A stretch of DNA of 64,000 nt from Caecitellus pseudoparvulus (GCA_965644315.1 CBFFRQ010000040.1:124001-188000), one strand, 5' to 3'. Positions 33,854 through 44,289 are shown, numbered from the stretch's first letter. Notes: generated from the sequence alone by a model not told the origin. A program made the numbers and translations.

Positions 33854-34579
33854 ATGACAGAATTTAAAGTTTATACATTTGAAGAAGATGACATAACCAA
33901 AGATAAAAAATATAAAAGTTTAATTCATCCAATTATAGGAGAACATCCACGAATGATATTAATAGGGCCCAGTCAAGCAGGAAAAACTCAAATGATACAT
34001 AACATATTATGGAATTGGTGTAAAGATTATTACACGAAATCAGAAGATAGCAGAATTATTGTAATCAGTGGAACAGATACAACAATAAGACATATATCAA
34101 AAATGGCAGACAAACTAAAGCTAGATGAGGAGCAATTATTAATTATGGATTTTTTAGATTTTGAAGAATTAAAGAGTATTTACAAAGGATTAAATCCAAA
34201 AGTTCCACATATTTTTATTTTTGATGATATGGCATATAACCATGAAATGAATACAAATCATAGAACAAATTTTTTATCTGAATTGTTTGCAAGTGGTAGA
34301 CATAAGAACACAGGATGCATAATAGCAACACAAAAGTATCATTTCTTAGGACGTGATGTAAGAATGCTTAATTCAACTTTAGTTTCTATTTATTGGAATT
34401 GCTCAGATGGTGAAATATGGAAAGTATATGATGATAATTTCTCACAATATATAAATACAGATGATTTCAAAGACCTTGTATATGATAATTTGAATGAAAA
34501 GTATAGTTTTATTTTATTGAACAAGAAAACAGGGAAGATTTATAATAACAAAATGAAAGAAATATATAGTAAGTTTTAA
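33854..34579 (+). CDS. A32/FtsK-like genome packaging ATPase
   Basis: Walker A GPSQAGKT, Walker B IFIFDD, GRH and ATQ motifs. Confidence 0.9.
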   Translation: MTEFKVYTFEEDDITKDKKYKSLIHPIIGEHPRMILIGPSQAGKTQMIHNILWNWCKDYYTKSEDSRIIVISGTDTTIRHISKMADKLKLDEEQLLIMDFLDFEELKSIYKGLNPKVPHIFIFDDMAYNHEMNTNHRTNFLSELFASGRHKNTGCIIATQKYHFLGRDVRMLNSTLVSIYWNCSDGEIWKVYDDNFSQYINTDDFKDLVYDNLNEKYSFILLNKKTGKIYNNKMKEIYSKF

Positions 34580-34625
34580 TTAATTCTTTTAGTAAAATAT
34601 TTTTTCTTTTATAAATATATATATA

Positions 34626-35954
34626 ATGGAAAAGAAAGATGAAATTTATCTATTAGGCGGAGTTTTGGATGGTGTAAGAACGAAAGCAAATAAACTTGTT
34701 AATTCACGTTCAAGATTACAATATGATTTACAAGGAACACGAAGCGGATTTGGTAATTTAAATACTAATCTAAATGCTACAATTCAAACAGGCTCACATG
34801 TTCCACAAGCTGATACGCTATCATTAGATGGTGAATTTAAAGTTTCTGGAGGTCAAGCAGGTTCAAATGTAAAACTGTGTGGCGATATTTGCTCAGCTAT
34901 TGAACAAATAAAAGTTTATGTAGGAGGTGCTTTAGTTGTAAATTTAAGCAAACATGCATATTTAGTAGCTATGATGAATAAAAAATTAAATATGAGTGCA
35001 GAAGAACTAGCAATTCATAACGTTAAGGCTCTTCAAAATGTTGTATTTGATGCAACAGGTGGATCAAGTTATAGTTTTTCAATTCCTATGTCTCTTTTTG
35101 GTTTAGATTTAAAGAAATTAATTCCTGTTGGCAACACTCCTATTAACATACAAATTACTCTTCAAAGTAAATTAGATATGTTATTTGTATCTGGTGGAAC
35201 AGCTCCAACAGCACCAATAAAATATGAATTAAATAATGTAAAATTTAGTATGGAAGCATACCAATTAACAAATCTAGGTGCTCAACTGATGTTAAAAAAG
35301 GTTGATCCAACTTCAAATAGTTCAAGTATGAAAGGAATTGTAAATAGATTTTATGGTTATGATTTATCTTATCAAACCCTTCAACAAGCAACCACACATT
35401 CACACCAATTTAATATTAAAAAGCGTGATATTATCAGCACACTTTTATTACCTGCTTATGTTACCATTCCCGCAGGAAGTTCTGATGCTAATGGATTTAA
35501 TACACTTAATACAGACCCAGTCAACGATTTTTTATGGACTACTAGCACAAATTTTAATTTTGTTTCAAATTATCGTATACAATTTACAGGAGAACCCTAT
35601 GCAAATGTAAATGGTGCAAATGGTGAATCTCTATATACTGATCATTTTGAAGGAGTATTAAGAACCGCAAAACCAGAACTACACAGTAAGAGCTATGCTT
35701 CTGAATATTCAGATCAAATGAAAAGAAGTAATAATAAATGTCAAGTCCTTGGCGGTCTGTTCCTAAAAACACCAGAAGACAGCCAACATGCAACAGAAAA
35801 TGGTTTTAATAGTTTAGTTGGTTCATCTGCTTTAGTAGTTGATTTTGATACATCTGCTGCACCTGCAAATTATGCAAATAAAAATTTAGTATGCTTAGTA
35901 AAATTCAAAAGACAATTAGAACTAGCAGGTGGTGTAGCAAAAGTAGTTGAATAA
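34626..35954 (+). CDS. Major capsid protein (double jelly-roll, PLV-type)
   Basis: 442 aa, beta-rich; SAIEQIKVYVGG and FSIPMSLFG segments; lies between ATPase and penton. Confidence 0.75.
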   Translation: MEKKDEIYLLGGVLDGVRTKANKLVNSRSRLQYDLQGTRSGFGNLNTNLNATIQTGSHVPQADTLSLDGEFKVSGGQAGSNVKLCGDICSAIEQIKVYVGGALVVNLSKHAYLVAMMNKKLNMSAEELAIHNVKALQNVVFDATGGSSYSFSIPMSLFGLDLKKLIPVGNTPINIQITLQSKLDMLFVSGGTAPTAPIKYELNNVKFSMEAYQLTNLGAQLMLKKVDPTSNSSSMKGIVNRFYGYDLSYQTLQQATTHSHQFNIKKRDIISTLLLPAYVTIPAGSSDANGFNTLNTDPVNDFLWTTSTNFNFVSNYRIQFTGEPYANVNGANGESLYTDHFEGVLRTAKPELHSKSYASEYSDQMKRSNNKCQVLGGLFLKTPEDSQHATENGFNSLVGSSALVVDFDTSAAPANYANKNLVCLVKFKRQLELAGGVAKVVE

Positions 35955-35966
35955 ATAAATATATAG

Positions 35967-35999
35967 TATTCTTTTATTTTATAAAACAATAAAAGAATA
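35967..35999 (+). terminator. AT-rich hairpin after the MCP gene
   Basis: tattcttttatt...aataaaagaata 12-bp stem, 12 nt after the stop codon. Confidence 0.5.
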
Positions 36000-36035
36000 A
36001 TTGAATTTTTATTTTCTCAATTAAGAATACATAAA

Positions 36036-36878
36036 ATGAGCTTAATTGACATCAATAATACTTTAGAAGTTTATATTAATAGTGCAATTGACAAAAGACC
36101 AAGTGATACATCTTTTGAATGGACAACAGAATTTAATACTACACCATTAGTTTTATCAGGTGGTGATTATATCCACCGTCTTATTGTTCAATCTGCATCC
36201 GTCCCTAATACATTTCCACAATTTAACCCAATTGATAGAGCTACATTTTCTATTGAAATAGAAAATGGAGCAACAACAGAACACACTATAAGCGAAAATT
36301 TAGTTTTTTCATCTACTGAGCAATTTGCAACATATTTACAAACAACAATAAATAATGCTGGTGGTAATGTTTCAGTATCACAAGAACAATCAACATTAAA
36401 ATTAAAAATTGTGAATAATGATACTGATTATGTTAAGTTTTCAACAGTTGGTAATTATGGTAAGTTTTGGAATAAAATAGGTTTTACACAAGAACAGTAT
36501 AACGATGGTCAAGCATTAAAAATTGATCCATCCGATAACATGGAAGGTTTAAATTATCCAAACTTGATTAGTACCAGTAAAGTTTTTATTTGCATGAAAA
36601 ATGGTATTTTAAATAATTCATTTTTTGGTTCAGGATTAAATAGGCTAAAGTATCCAGTACTATTAAGTTTAAATATAGAATCAGGAACAGGTACATATTC
36701 AAGCTATGTATCAGATGATGAAATATTCTTTAATCATGATTTACTAGAAAACAATCAAATTAACCAAATGGATTTTATTTTATTAGATGATGAATATCAA
36801 GAGGTCAAGTTGAAAGGTGGTTCAGTCAAATTATCTTTAATAATTAAGCAATATAGAACAGCCCAAGAACATTATTAA
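36036..36878 (+). CDS. Minor capsid (penton) protein
   Basis: VYINS...F N-terminus, SASVPNTF, C-terminal INQMDFILLDD...VKLKGG.V.LSL pattern typical of PLV/virophage pentons. Confidence 0.7.
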   Translation: MSLIDINNTLEVYINSAIDKRPSDTSFEWTTEFNTTPLVLSGGDYIHRLIVQSASVPNTFPQFNPIDRATFSIEIENGATTEHTISENLVFSSTEQFATYLQTTINNAGGNVSVSQEQSTLKLKIVNNDTDYVKFSTVGNYGKFWNKIGFTQEQYNDGQALKIDPSDNMEGLNYPNLISTSKVFICMKNGILNNSFFGSGLNRLKYPVLLSLNIESGTGTYSSYVSDDEIFFNHDLLENNQINQMDFILLDDEYQEVKLKGGSVKLSLIIKQYRTAQEHY

Positions 36879-36926
36879 ATTGTACACTGTAGTTTATAAA
36901 AATTAATTTTATACACTATATAATAT

Positions 36927-39590
36927 ATGGACGATACAAGATTATCATATTCTCTAAATTTAAATGGTTCAGGCGTTATTGAATCAGTAATAGAAGGATT
37001 GGAGAATGCAGAGAACATAACATTTAAAAATGTAACTATTCAAAATAATTTAGAAGTAGATGGAGAAGAAATCATTAATGAAGTTGAAACATTCAAAGTA
37101 AAAGATGCAATTGTTGAATTTAATAATGCTTCACCTGCTGTAAATGCTGATACTGGCTTTACTTCAAAAGAAGTCATAGGAGGAAATACAAGATACAAAG
37201 GTTTAATATTTAAAAGTGGTCAAGATGTGGGTATTGTTTATAATAATGCAACAACTGAACCATTAACAACATTAGAACAACCGTATGATTTAGGCACAGT
37301 AAGGGTAAGAGATGCAAACAGCCAAAACGAACCAATTACAAAGCAACAATTTGATAATAATACAGTAAAATTATCAGGTAATCAAAATATTGGGGGTGAA
37401 AAGACATTTACAAATACCCTCATTACTGAGCAAGATATACAAACTAATAAAATGATATTAATGCGAAGTGATGGCAGTGAAGCAAACTATCTTGAGTCAG
37501 AACCAACAACAAATATAATGCGCTATGTTAGTGGTAGTGGAAATAACAAACATTCATTTTTTAATAACAATAGCGGTAGTGTAATAAATACATTTAATAT
37601 AAATTATAATCACATTCAATCATTTTTACCTTTTAATATGGATAATAATATTATTTATAATCTTGCTGAACCTGTTAATGATGATGACGCGGCAACAAAA
37701 AAGTACGTAGATGATAATGCACCAACTGATTACGTAACTTTATCAACAAATCAAACTATTGATAGCCGTAAAACATTTACAGACCTTGTAACAATTACAC
37801 GAGATGTAAGTTCTAACAATGCTTTTCCTTTCTTATTATTCAATGCATTAAATGGCAATTCTTGGAGATTTCACGCTATAAGAAATTCTTCTGAAACCTA
37901 TCTTGATATAAAAAGCGACCAAAATAACAGAGCAATTACCATTAGTGATAATGACGGTAATCATGTAAAATTTGGACCAAACACAAATACTATGTATCAC
38001 AATTTGATTATGGATAATAATAATATTATAGATGCTGGAGTTATTGAAACTGATAAAATTGCATTAATTCGCCCAAGTGATGGTGCTACTGATGATGCTG
38101 AATTTTATGTTGAATCAAATGGTGATATGATATATAAAAATATGTCTGGTGCTGGTTCTCATAGGTTCCTAATTAATATTGCAGACTCACCATTTGAATT
38201 ATTTAGGGTAGATGGAGAATATCATCGTGTAGATTGTCACGGACCATTTCATATAAATAATAGCAGTATGAAAATTGAGAATACATCAGCAGGAATGCAA
38301 AGCTTATTACGTTTTGAAAGTGCTAGACCTTGGGAATTTAGAACTAATAATGCAGGGTCAGGAACATCTTTAGAATTATATTCAACAGCACCGGAAAAAG
38401 GATTTAAAATAACTACACTTACAGAAACTTCAGGAGACCAAGACATAGCCCAATTTTCAGAAAGTAGCGTTTCAATATATACACAACAAAATTTAAATGA
38501 TAATGACATTTTAGATATTGATGAAGCACAAGTAAAAAGATTAACATTAATCAAACCTGATGATGGGAATAAAAGCGTGGCAAATATTAGAATGGTTGGA
38601 AATTATATAAGTTATGATAGTTTAATAAATAGCTCATTTGGAGGTCACAGATTCTACGTAAAAGACGGAGCAAACGATGTTATGGCTCTTCAAATTACAA
38701 GAAATCATATTGATACTAATTATAAATTAAATATGGGGTATAATAAAATAGAACAACTGGCGGAACCTACAGCAAATACAGATGCAGCAACAAAAAATTA
38801 TGTTGATAATGCTGTTGCTACTGCTGGTTCTTTCAATACTGATATAAATATGAATGATAATAACATTCAAAATATTAATGAAGCAGAAGCAAAAAAATTA
38901 ATATTAATCCGCCCTAGTGATAACAATAAAAACGTTTCAAGCATATATATGGAGTCAAATTATATTAGATATGATAATTTAGTTAATTCAGGAGCTGCTG
39001 GACACCGTTTTTATACTTATAATGGTTTTACAAATGATTTGGCTTTTAGAATCGCAAATTCATTTATAGAAAGCAATTTTGAATTAAGAATGGGAAACCA
39101 AAAAATAGAAGAATTAGCAGAACCAGTAGTAGGCTCAGACGCAGCAACAAAAAATTATGTTGATAATATTGCTCGATCTTACTCTGCTACGGTTACGAGT
39201 TTAAGTATGAGTTGTTCTAACTTGCCTATATATTCTTCATACAATGTTGGTGCTTTTAATTTAACAAAGACAGGGCATTATATGATTGATTATACTATTA
39301 ATATAAAACAAAACGAACCGACATTAACTGATAGACATTTTACGCTAATTCTAACTGCTCCCGGGTCTGTTGGTAATCTATCAGCACCTGGTGGAGCAAG
39401 AGGAATTGATTTATCAAGGACTGGTATGAGCAATTCATCTACGGCTACTGGTAGTATTAATCTAAAATGGATTGTTGAATATACCTCAACAGGAATTAAG
39501 CAACTTACAATGGATATAGGTTCAAGAAGTGGTAGTGGAACACCATTTGAATTTTATGGAAATGCTATAATATCTAGAGTAGTAGTATAA
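36927..39590 (+). CDS. Fibre / receptor-binding protein with tail-fibre-like repeats
   Basis: Three LAEPxxxxDAATKxYVD repeats, two QxIxxxKTF repeats, Asn-rich beta modules. Confidence 0.75.
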   Translation: MDDTRLSYSLNLNGSGVIESVIEGLENAENITFKNVTIQNNLEVDGEEIINEVETFKVKDAIVEFNNASPAVNADTGFTSKEVIGGNTRYKGLIFKSGQDVGIVYNNATTEPLTTLEQPYDLGTVRVRDANSQNEPITKQQFDNNTVKLSGNQNIGGEKTFTNTLITEQDIQTNKMILMRSDGSEANYLESEPTTNIMRYVSGSGNNKHSFFNNNSGSVINTFNINYNHIQSFLPFNMDNNIIYNLAEPVNDDDAATKKYVDDNAPTDYVTLSTNQTIDSRKTFTDLVTITRDVSSNNAFPFLLFNALNGNSWRFHAIRNSSETYLDIKSDQNNRAITISDNDGNHVKFGPNTNTMYHNLIMDNNNIIDAGVIETDKIALIRPSDGATDDAEFYVESNGDMIYKNMSGAGSHRFLINIADSPFELFRVDGEYHRVDCHGPFHINNSSMKIENTSAGMQSLLRFESARPWEFRTNNAGSGTSLELYSTAPEKGFKITTLTETSGDQDIAQFSESSVSIYTQQNLNDNDILDIDEAQVKRLTLIKPDDGNKSVANIRMVGNYISYDSLINSSFGGHRFYVKDGANDVMALQITRNHIDTNYKLNMGYNKIEQLAEPTANTDAATKNYVDNAVATAGSFNTDINMNDNNIQNINEAEAKKLILIRPSDNNKNVSSIYMESNYIRYDNLVNSGAAGHRFYTYNGFTNDLAFRIANSFIESNFELRMGNQKIEELAEPVVGSDAATKNYVDNIARSYSATVTSLSMSCSNLPIYSSYNVGAFNLTKTGHYMIDYTINIKQNEPTLTDRHFTLILTAPGSVGNLSAPGGARGIDLSRTGMSNSSTATGSINLKWIVEYTSTGIKQLTMDIGSRSGSGTPFEFYGNAIISRVVV

Positions 39591-39627
39591 ATTTAAATAT
39601 AAAATAAAATTTGTAGTATAAGTATAT

Positions 39628-39912
39628 ATGATTCTAGATATAATACCATCAGCAAGAAAGGATAAAAGATTTACAGCTATATTTAAAGATGGTTCAAAAA
39701 CTTCATTTGGACAAAAGGAAGGTAGCACATTTATTGACCACAAGGACAAAGAGAAAAGAAAGAATTATAGAGCCAGACATGAAAGAGATTTAGAAACTAA
39801 AGACCCAAAAAGAGCAGGATACTTATCATATTATATTTTATGGGGTGATGAGACAAACTTAAAAGATGCAATGAAAGCATATAATAAGCAATTCTTCTTT
39901 AATAAAAAATGA
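39628..39912 (+). CDS. Small conserved PLV/NCLDV protein (DUF5754/Tlr6F-like)
   Basis: S.RKDKRF...F.DG...SFG.....F.DHKD..KR.NY..RH.......AGYLS..ILWG pattern. Confidence 0.6.
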   Translation: MILDIIPSARKDKRFTAIFKDGSKTSFGQKEGSTFIDHKDKEKRKNYRARHERDLETKDPKRAGYLSYYILWGDETNLKDAMKAYNKQFFFNKK

Positions 39913-39958
39913 TTATATTTATGGAAATATAGTTTTTTTCTCTTACTATAATATATTT

Positions 39959-40522
39959 ATGGAAATGGAAAATGCATTAATTTTAGGTGCTGGTTTGGTA
40001 TCAATTGGTGCTAAAACCGCTTATTCATGTTTTGGAAAATCAAAAAAGAAGAAATGGTCTAAAATTAGATTTGGTGCTATTGTTATGAGTTGCATGACTG
40101 GAAAATCTACACTGGCAAACAAACTTAAAGCAGATTCAGGTGTCTATTTAATTGATGTTGGCCAATCTGTCGCTGTTGATGGTGATACAAACGCAGATAT
40201 TAATTATTTAATGAAAGCTAAAGAATATGTAGATAAAGTAAAGAAAGATATGAAGGATTATAAACTAATTTTGATTTGTTCCTCTATTGGTGAAGCAAAA
40301 TATCTCGGTGTTGATGAATCAAACATTGCTGTTCTGACACCTTCAAACTCGCTTTTTAAATCAATATGTGAAGGTCGTAATACTGCAAATGTAGCAGAAA
40401 TGGAACGTAAAAGAATGGAATTAATTAGTGCTTGTAGTGAGGACGTACTAAATATTTTTGATAGTTATGATACTCTTTATTCTGTCATTCGCACCACGTT
40501 CAAATTGCGTAATAAATTCTGA
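39959..40522 (+). CDS. P-loop kinase-like protein with hydrophobic N-terminus
   Basis: IVMSCMTGKSTLA degenerate Walker A followed by YLIDV. Confidence 0.55.
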   Translation: MEMENALILGAGLVSIGAKTAYSCFGKSKKKKWSKIRFGAIVMSCMTGKSTLANKLKADSGVYLIDVGQSVAVDGDTNADINYLMKAKEYVDKVKKDMKDYKLILICSSIGEAKYLGVDESNIAVLTPSNSLFKSICEGRNTANVAEMERKRMELISACSEDVLNIFDSYDTLYSVIRTTFKLRNKF

Positions 40523-40596
40523 AAAGGACTTTCAAAGAACTTTTATTTAAAACAAAATATAAATAATTATATTTTGCTTCTTAAAAAACTATATTA

Positions 40597-41070
40597 TTAT
40601 ATTATCATTGTTATTTTTTTCATTTTAGTCCATTTATCAAAATCTAATTTATCTTGCCTTTCAATTCTCTTTCTTCTAGCTTCTCTATCCCTTCCTTTTC
40701 TCCTATATTTCTTTTTCAATCTTTCATAAATATCTTTCCAATGTTCTAATGTAATTTCCTTTCTTAGTCTGTATGTGTATAGTCTGTTGTACTCTCTCCT
40801 AAAGTCTTTATCATCTTCTTCAGATAATCGCTTAATTCTACATCTTATTAAATTACAATCACTCTTGTACTCATCTATTTTTACGCAATCATGATAGACA
40901 TTAAATAAATGTTGTAAGTTCTCTTGTCTTGTTCTCAAACTCATATCAATTCTATCTTCTAATGGAGAATCTTTTACTTTATAAAGAATGTAATCAAACA
41001 TATTCATACATGTTTCAAAGTCTTTTTTAAATTCTGTCATTGAATAAACAGTTTTTGAAAATTCTGTCAT
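40597..41070 (-). CDS. Hypothetical basic viral protein
   Basis: 157-aa ORF. Confidence 0.5.
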   Translation of the reverse strand: MTEFSKTVYSMTEFKKDFETCMNMFDYILYKVKDSPLEDRIDMSLRTRQENLQHLFNVYHDCVKIDEYKSDCNLIRCRIKRLSEEDDKDFRREYNRLYTYRLRKEITLEHWKDIYERLKKKYRRKGRDREARRKRIERQDKLDFDKWTKMKKITMII

Positions 41071-41090
41071 TTATATATTACTTATATAAT

Positions 41091-41270
41091 ATGATTTCAA
41101 GATCAAAGCAAAGGAGAAAACACAATGGCATCTGGTATTCCATTATGACGAAAGCCATTCAAGAAAAAAGAGAAAAAATCATTGAACAGAATACAAAAGA
41201 TCTCATTGAAACTTTTGGAATAAAAATAATTATTGATGTATTGGATGATCAAAATAAAATGAAAGAATAG
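41091..41270 (+). CDS. Small hypothetical viral protein
   Basis: ATG at 41091 is divergent from the 41070 ATG; a hairpin follows the stop. Confidence 0.35.
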   Translation: MISRSKQRRKHNGIWYSIMTKAIQEKREKIIEQNTKDLIETFGIKIIIDVLDDQNKMKE

Positions 41271-41325
41271 TACTTGAAACAAAATATAAATAATTATGTT
41301 TTGCTTCTTGAAATAATAAATTGAG

Positions 41326-41634
41326 TTATTTTTCTGATTCACCAATAAGTTTTAATCTCTCATTAATTGCATCATTAATTTTTTCAAATCCTGATTTAGT
41401 AAACTTATAAACAAGTGATACTCCAATATCTGGAAAATTTAGTATTACATTATAGCTTGCTGAATCTACCTCTACACAGCTCTTAAAATCATATGCATGA
41501 ACGTTAGTTATAAATAAGGGAGTTGTGAATGTTAGAATTAATTCTTTATCTTCAAATCTGATAGATGTGTTCTGTCTGGGACAAGTCAATAGCTTTCCAT
41601 TTAAAGTACAATATCTCGCATTAACAATTTTCAT
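41326..41634 (-). CDS. Hypothetical viral protein
   Basis: 102 aa; conserved upstream motif at 41660-41673. Confidence 0.6.
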   Translation of the reverse strand: MKIVNARYCTLNGKLLTCPRQNTSIRFEDKELILTFTTPLFITNVHAYDFKSCVEVDSASYNVILNFPDIGVSLVYKFTKSGFEKINDAINERLKLIGESEK

Positions 41635-41675
41635 TTTAGTATATCCTTTAAAACGTATTTTATCCTTAGGTTATT

Positions 41676-41960
41676 TTATTTAATTATTAATTCATCTTCC
41701 GAATCTGATTCATAGTATTCATCATAGTATTCTATGTATTCCGGATAGCTATCTTGAAATGATGTAAATTCATCATGTAAATTATCAATATCTACTTCAT
41801 GGGCTGGATTATCCTCCAATTGCAAGAACAATGTATCCATTTTCTTTTTATACCTTTTGATGTCCTGTATGACATATTTCATTTTTCGTAGTTTCTCTTC
41901 GTCCGTTTCATTGATCATCATTTTCTTAACTTTCTTTATTTCTTGTGTGAATCTATTCAT
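41676..41960 (-). CDS. Hypothetical acidic-tailed viral protein
   Basis: 94 aa; conserved upstream motif at 41979-41992. Confidence 0.6.
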   Translation of the reverse strand: MNRFTQEIKKVKKMMINETDEEKLRKMKYVIQDIKRYKKKMDTLFLQLEDNPAHEVDIDNLHDEFTSFQDSYPEYIEYYDEYYESDSEDELIIK

Positions 41961-42012
41961 TACGTCTTAAAACGCATTTTATCCTTAAGTTATTTTATTA
42001 ATTAATTATATA

Positions 42013-43023
42013 ATGAGCAAAATAAAAGAGTTAATATCTGAACTGGGAATTGATGAGACTTTTACTAAACCACAACCTAAAGAAACTCAGTTTACAAAAG
42101 TTAAAGGGGTAATCTATCCCGAAGAAGATTATAATTTTCAAGCTGATTTATTAGAGCTACCAAAGACCAAAGAAGGATTTAAATATTTATTAGTTGTTGT
42201 TGACTTATGGACTAATGAATTTGATATTGAACCACTAAAAACTAAAAGACCAAATACTGTTTTAGGTGCATTTAAAAAGATGATTAAACGAAAACATATT
42301 AATTTACCAGAAGCAAGCATAAGAACAGATGGAGGAGGAGAATTTAAGGGTGATTTTGCCAAATTTCTATTTGATGAATCCATTCTGAAAAAAACAGCAA
42401 TGAAAGGAAGACATCAGCAAATGGCAAATGTGGAAAGATTAAATAAAACACTTGGAAGACTATTTAATGGATACATGAACAAAAAAGAAGAAGAAACTAA
42501 TAAACCTTATAGAGAATGGACAGATATTTTATCTCAGGTAAGAACTAAATTAAACAAAATAAGAAAAGTTGAACCAAACAAATTTAAATTTGCAAAAATT
42601 AAGATGATCTCTCCAAAATTTAAAATAGGTGATCTTGTATATTATAAGCTGACACCATCTCAGGCCGAAGATTCATTAGGAAATCCCGTTCAAGGAGGAT
42701 TTAGAACAGGAGATAGAAGATTTAGTAAGAAAGCTAGAAAAATTAAACAAATACTGGCATATAAAGGAAATGTTCCAGTACGATATCAATTAAATTATTT
42801 ACCAAATGTATCATTTGCAGAATCAGAACTTAAACTAGCCAGTGGTGAAGAAACATTTGAAGTCAGAGAAATAATAGATGATAGGAGAGGACAATATAAA
42901 GTATGGTGGAAAGGTTTTCCTAAGAAAAATGCAACTTGGGAAAACAAAATAAGAATTAAAAAACAAGTTCCAGATATAGTAAAGGAATATGAAGAAAAAA
43001 AGAAGAATCAATCCAAAAAGTAA
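42013..43023 (+). CDS. Retroviral-type (rve) DDE integrase with C-terminal chromodomain
   Basis: FQADL...KYLLVVVD, IRTDGGGEF, VERLNKTL (D,D,E); FEVREIID....YKVWWKGF....ATWE chromodomain. Confidence 0.93.
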   Translation: MSKIKELISELGIDETFTKPQPKETQFTKVKGVIYPEEDYNFQADLLELPKTKEGFKYLLVVVDLWTNEFDIEPLKTKRPNTVLGAFKKMIKRKHINLPEASIRTDGGGEFKGDFAKFLFDESILKKTAMKGRHQQMANVERLNKTLGRLFNGYMNKKEEETNKPYREWTDILSQVRTKLNKIRKVEPNKFKFAKIKMISPKFKIGDLVYYKLTPSQAEDSLGNPVQGGFRTGDRRFSKKARKIKQILAYKGNVPVRYQLNYLPNVSFAESELKLASGEETFEVREIIDDRRGQYKVWWKGFPKKNATWENKIRIKKQVPDIVKEYEEKKKNQSKK

Positions 43024-44246
43024 ATTGTTTGTGAGCTTTTAATATCTATTGTCTTATTGTGGTACTTATGATCCTGACAAATAAACTTTGTTATTACTTC
43101 ATCATGATTCTTTTTACATATGAAACCATCAATATATATCCTTACTACATCATCAAGAATTGGAGCTATTAAATTTGACATCTTAGCTCTACAAGTGGCA
43201 GGTAGAAAATATCCCATTCTTGCAGTTGTATATAAGAATATACGCTCTCTTTTTACTGTATAATACACACGTTCACCTTTCTTGTTTACATAAGACTTAC
43301 TAAGAATTGGTAAAATATTCTTTTGCTCCTCTTCGGTTTTGCTTTGAATACTTGATAGTTTTCTATAAATTGGCCGATGTTTAATCTTTTGATATCCAAA
43401 CATATTATTTAACATAAACTTAATAAGAGGGTTCTTTGATAGCTTATCATTTGCTTTCATGAGTATATCTTGATACCATCCAAAAATAATATGTGAATCT
43501 ACTAATGTATCATTATCATATATTAAAGCATTTGGTTTACCATCCTGTATAATTTCCCATTTAAGACTTAGACCGACCCAATCACGAAAGAATTTCAGTT
43601 TATTCAATGTAAAATGATCATAATAATTCTTCTTAGAAAAGCCAATAAGAAATTTTGCTCTTGGATCTGATGAAACAACTTTAATATGATAATATCCATA
43701 TTCAAACTTTTCGGGTGTCTCTGTTAATGTTTCAAATCTTCCTCTTTTTACTGGAAACTTAAAGTTTCTTTTTCTACATCCATAAGTCATTGAATAAAAT
43801 TTCTTTTGATCATAAGCATATACTTTACCTTTGTATGGTGTACCTGCTATTAAACCTGAATCATATGATTGATCCATAAATTTATATTCTTCATATGTCA
43901 TATGTTCATAGGATTTCAAATTCTTCTTATCTTTGCGTGTATTGATCAGTAAAGTATTCATTAGTGAGGTATTACATCCATCCTCTTTAAAGAATCTTAG
44001 ATCCAGTCCTTTAAATAACATTCGTTTAGGATTTCGTGTACTTGGTATATTGGATAAGTATTTTTCTAATTCATTTGAATATTCTTGAATCTTTTCATAA
44101 TACTCTATGAGTCCGTTTTCATCTGCATCTATTCCAAAGCTCTTTAACATCTCATACCCATTTGGTTTTTTGTAGCTCTTCTTTACCTTTCCTCCATCAT
44201 ATGAAAAATAAGTTCTTGATACTGAGTCTTTATAATATACTATCAT
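43008..44246 (-). CDS. Short, divergent protein-primed family-B DNA polymerase
   Basis: Motif A YDQKKFYS...KFP, motif B KFMLNNMFG, motif C RIYIDGF; no exonuclease motifs seen. Confidence 0.7.
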   Translation of the reverse strand: MIVYYKDSVSRTYFSYDGGKVKKSYKKPNGYEMLKSFGIDADENGLIEYYEKIQEYSNELEKYLSNIPSTRNPKRMLFKGLDLRFFKEDGCNTSLMNTLLINTRKDKKNLKSYEHMTYEEYKFMDQSYDSGLIAGTPYKGKVYAYDQKKFYSMTYGCRKRNFKFPVKRGRFETLTETPEKFEYGYYHIKVVSSDPRAKFLIGFSKKNYYDHFTLNKLKFFRDWVGLSLKWEIIQDGKPNALIYDNDTLVDSHIIFGWYQDILMKANDKLSKNPLIKFMLNNMFGYQKIKHRPIYRKLSSIQSKTEEEQKNILPILSKSYVNKKGERVYYTVKRERIFLYTTARMGYFLPATCRAKMSNLIAPILDDVVRIYIDGFICKKNHDEVITKFICQDHKYHNKTIDIKSSQTIYFLD

Positions 44247-44289
44247 ATATTATAAAATACTAATCTTATCTTTAAGTCATTTTATTATT

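Larger units (their letters stand above)
40550..41313. terminator. Duplicated 37-bp hairpin between convergent viral genes
   Basis: caaaatataa-ataa-ttat(a/g)ttttg at 40553-40576 and 41280-41303. Confidence 0.6.

Noticed and set aside
34626-36878. LxGG adenain cleavage sites in MCP and penton (LLGG, LAGG, LKGG)
   Set aside because: No protease gene was recognised and such GG turns are common in jelly-roll hairpins.
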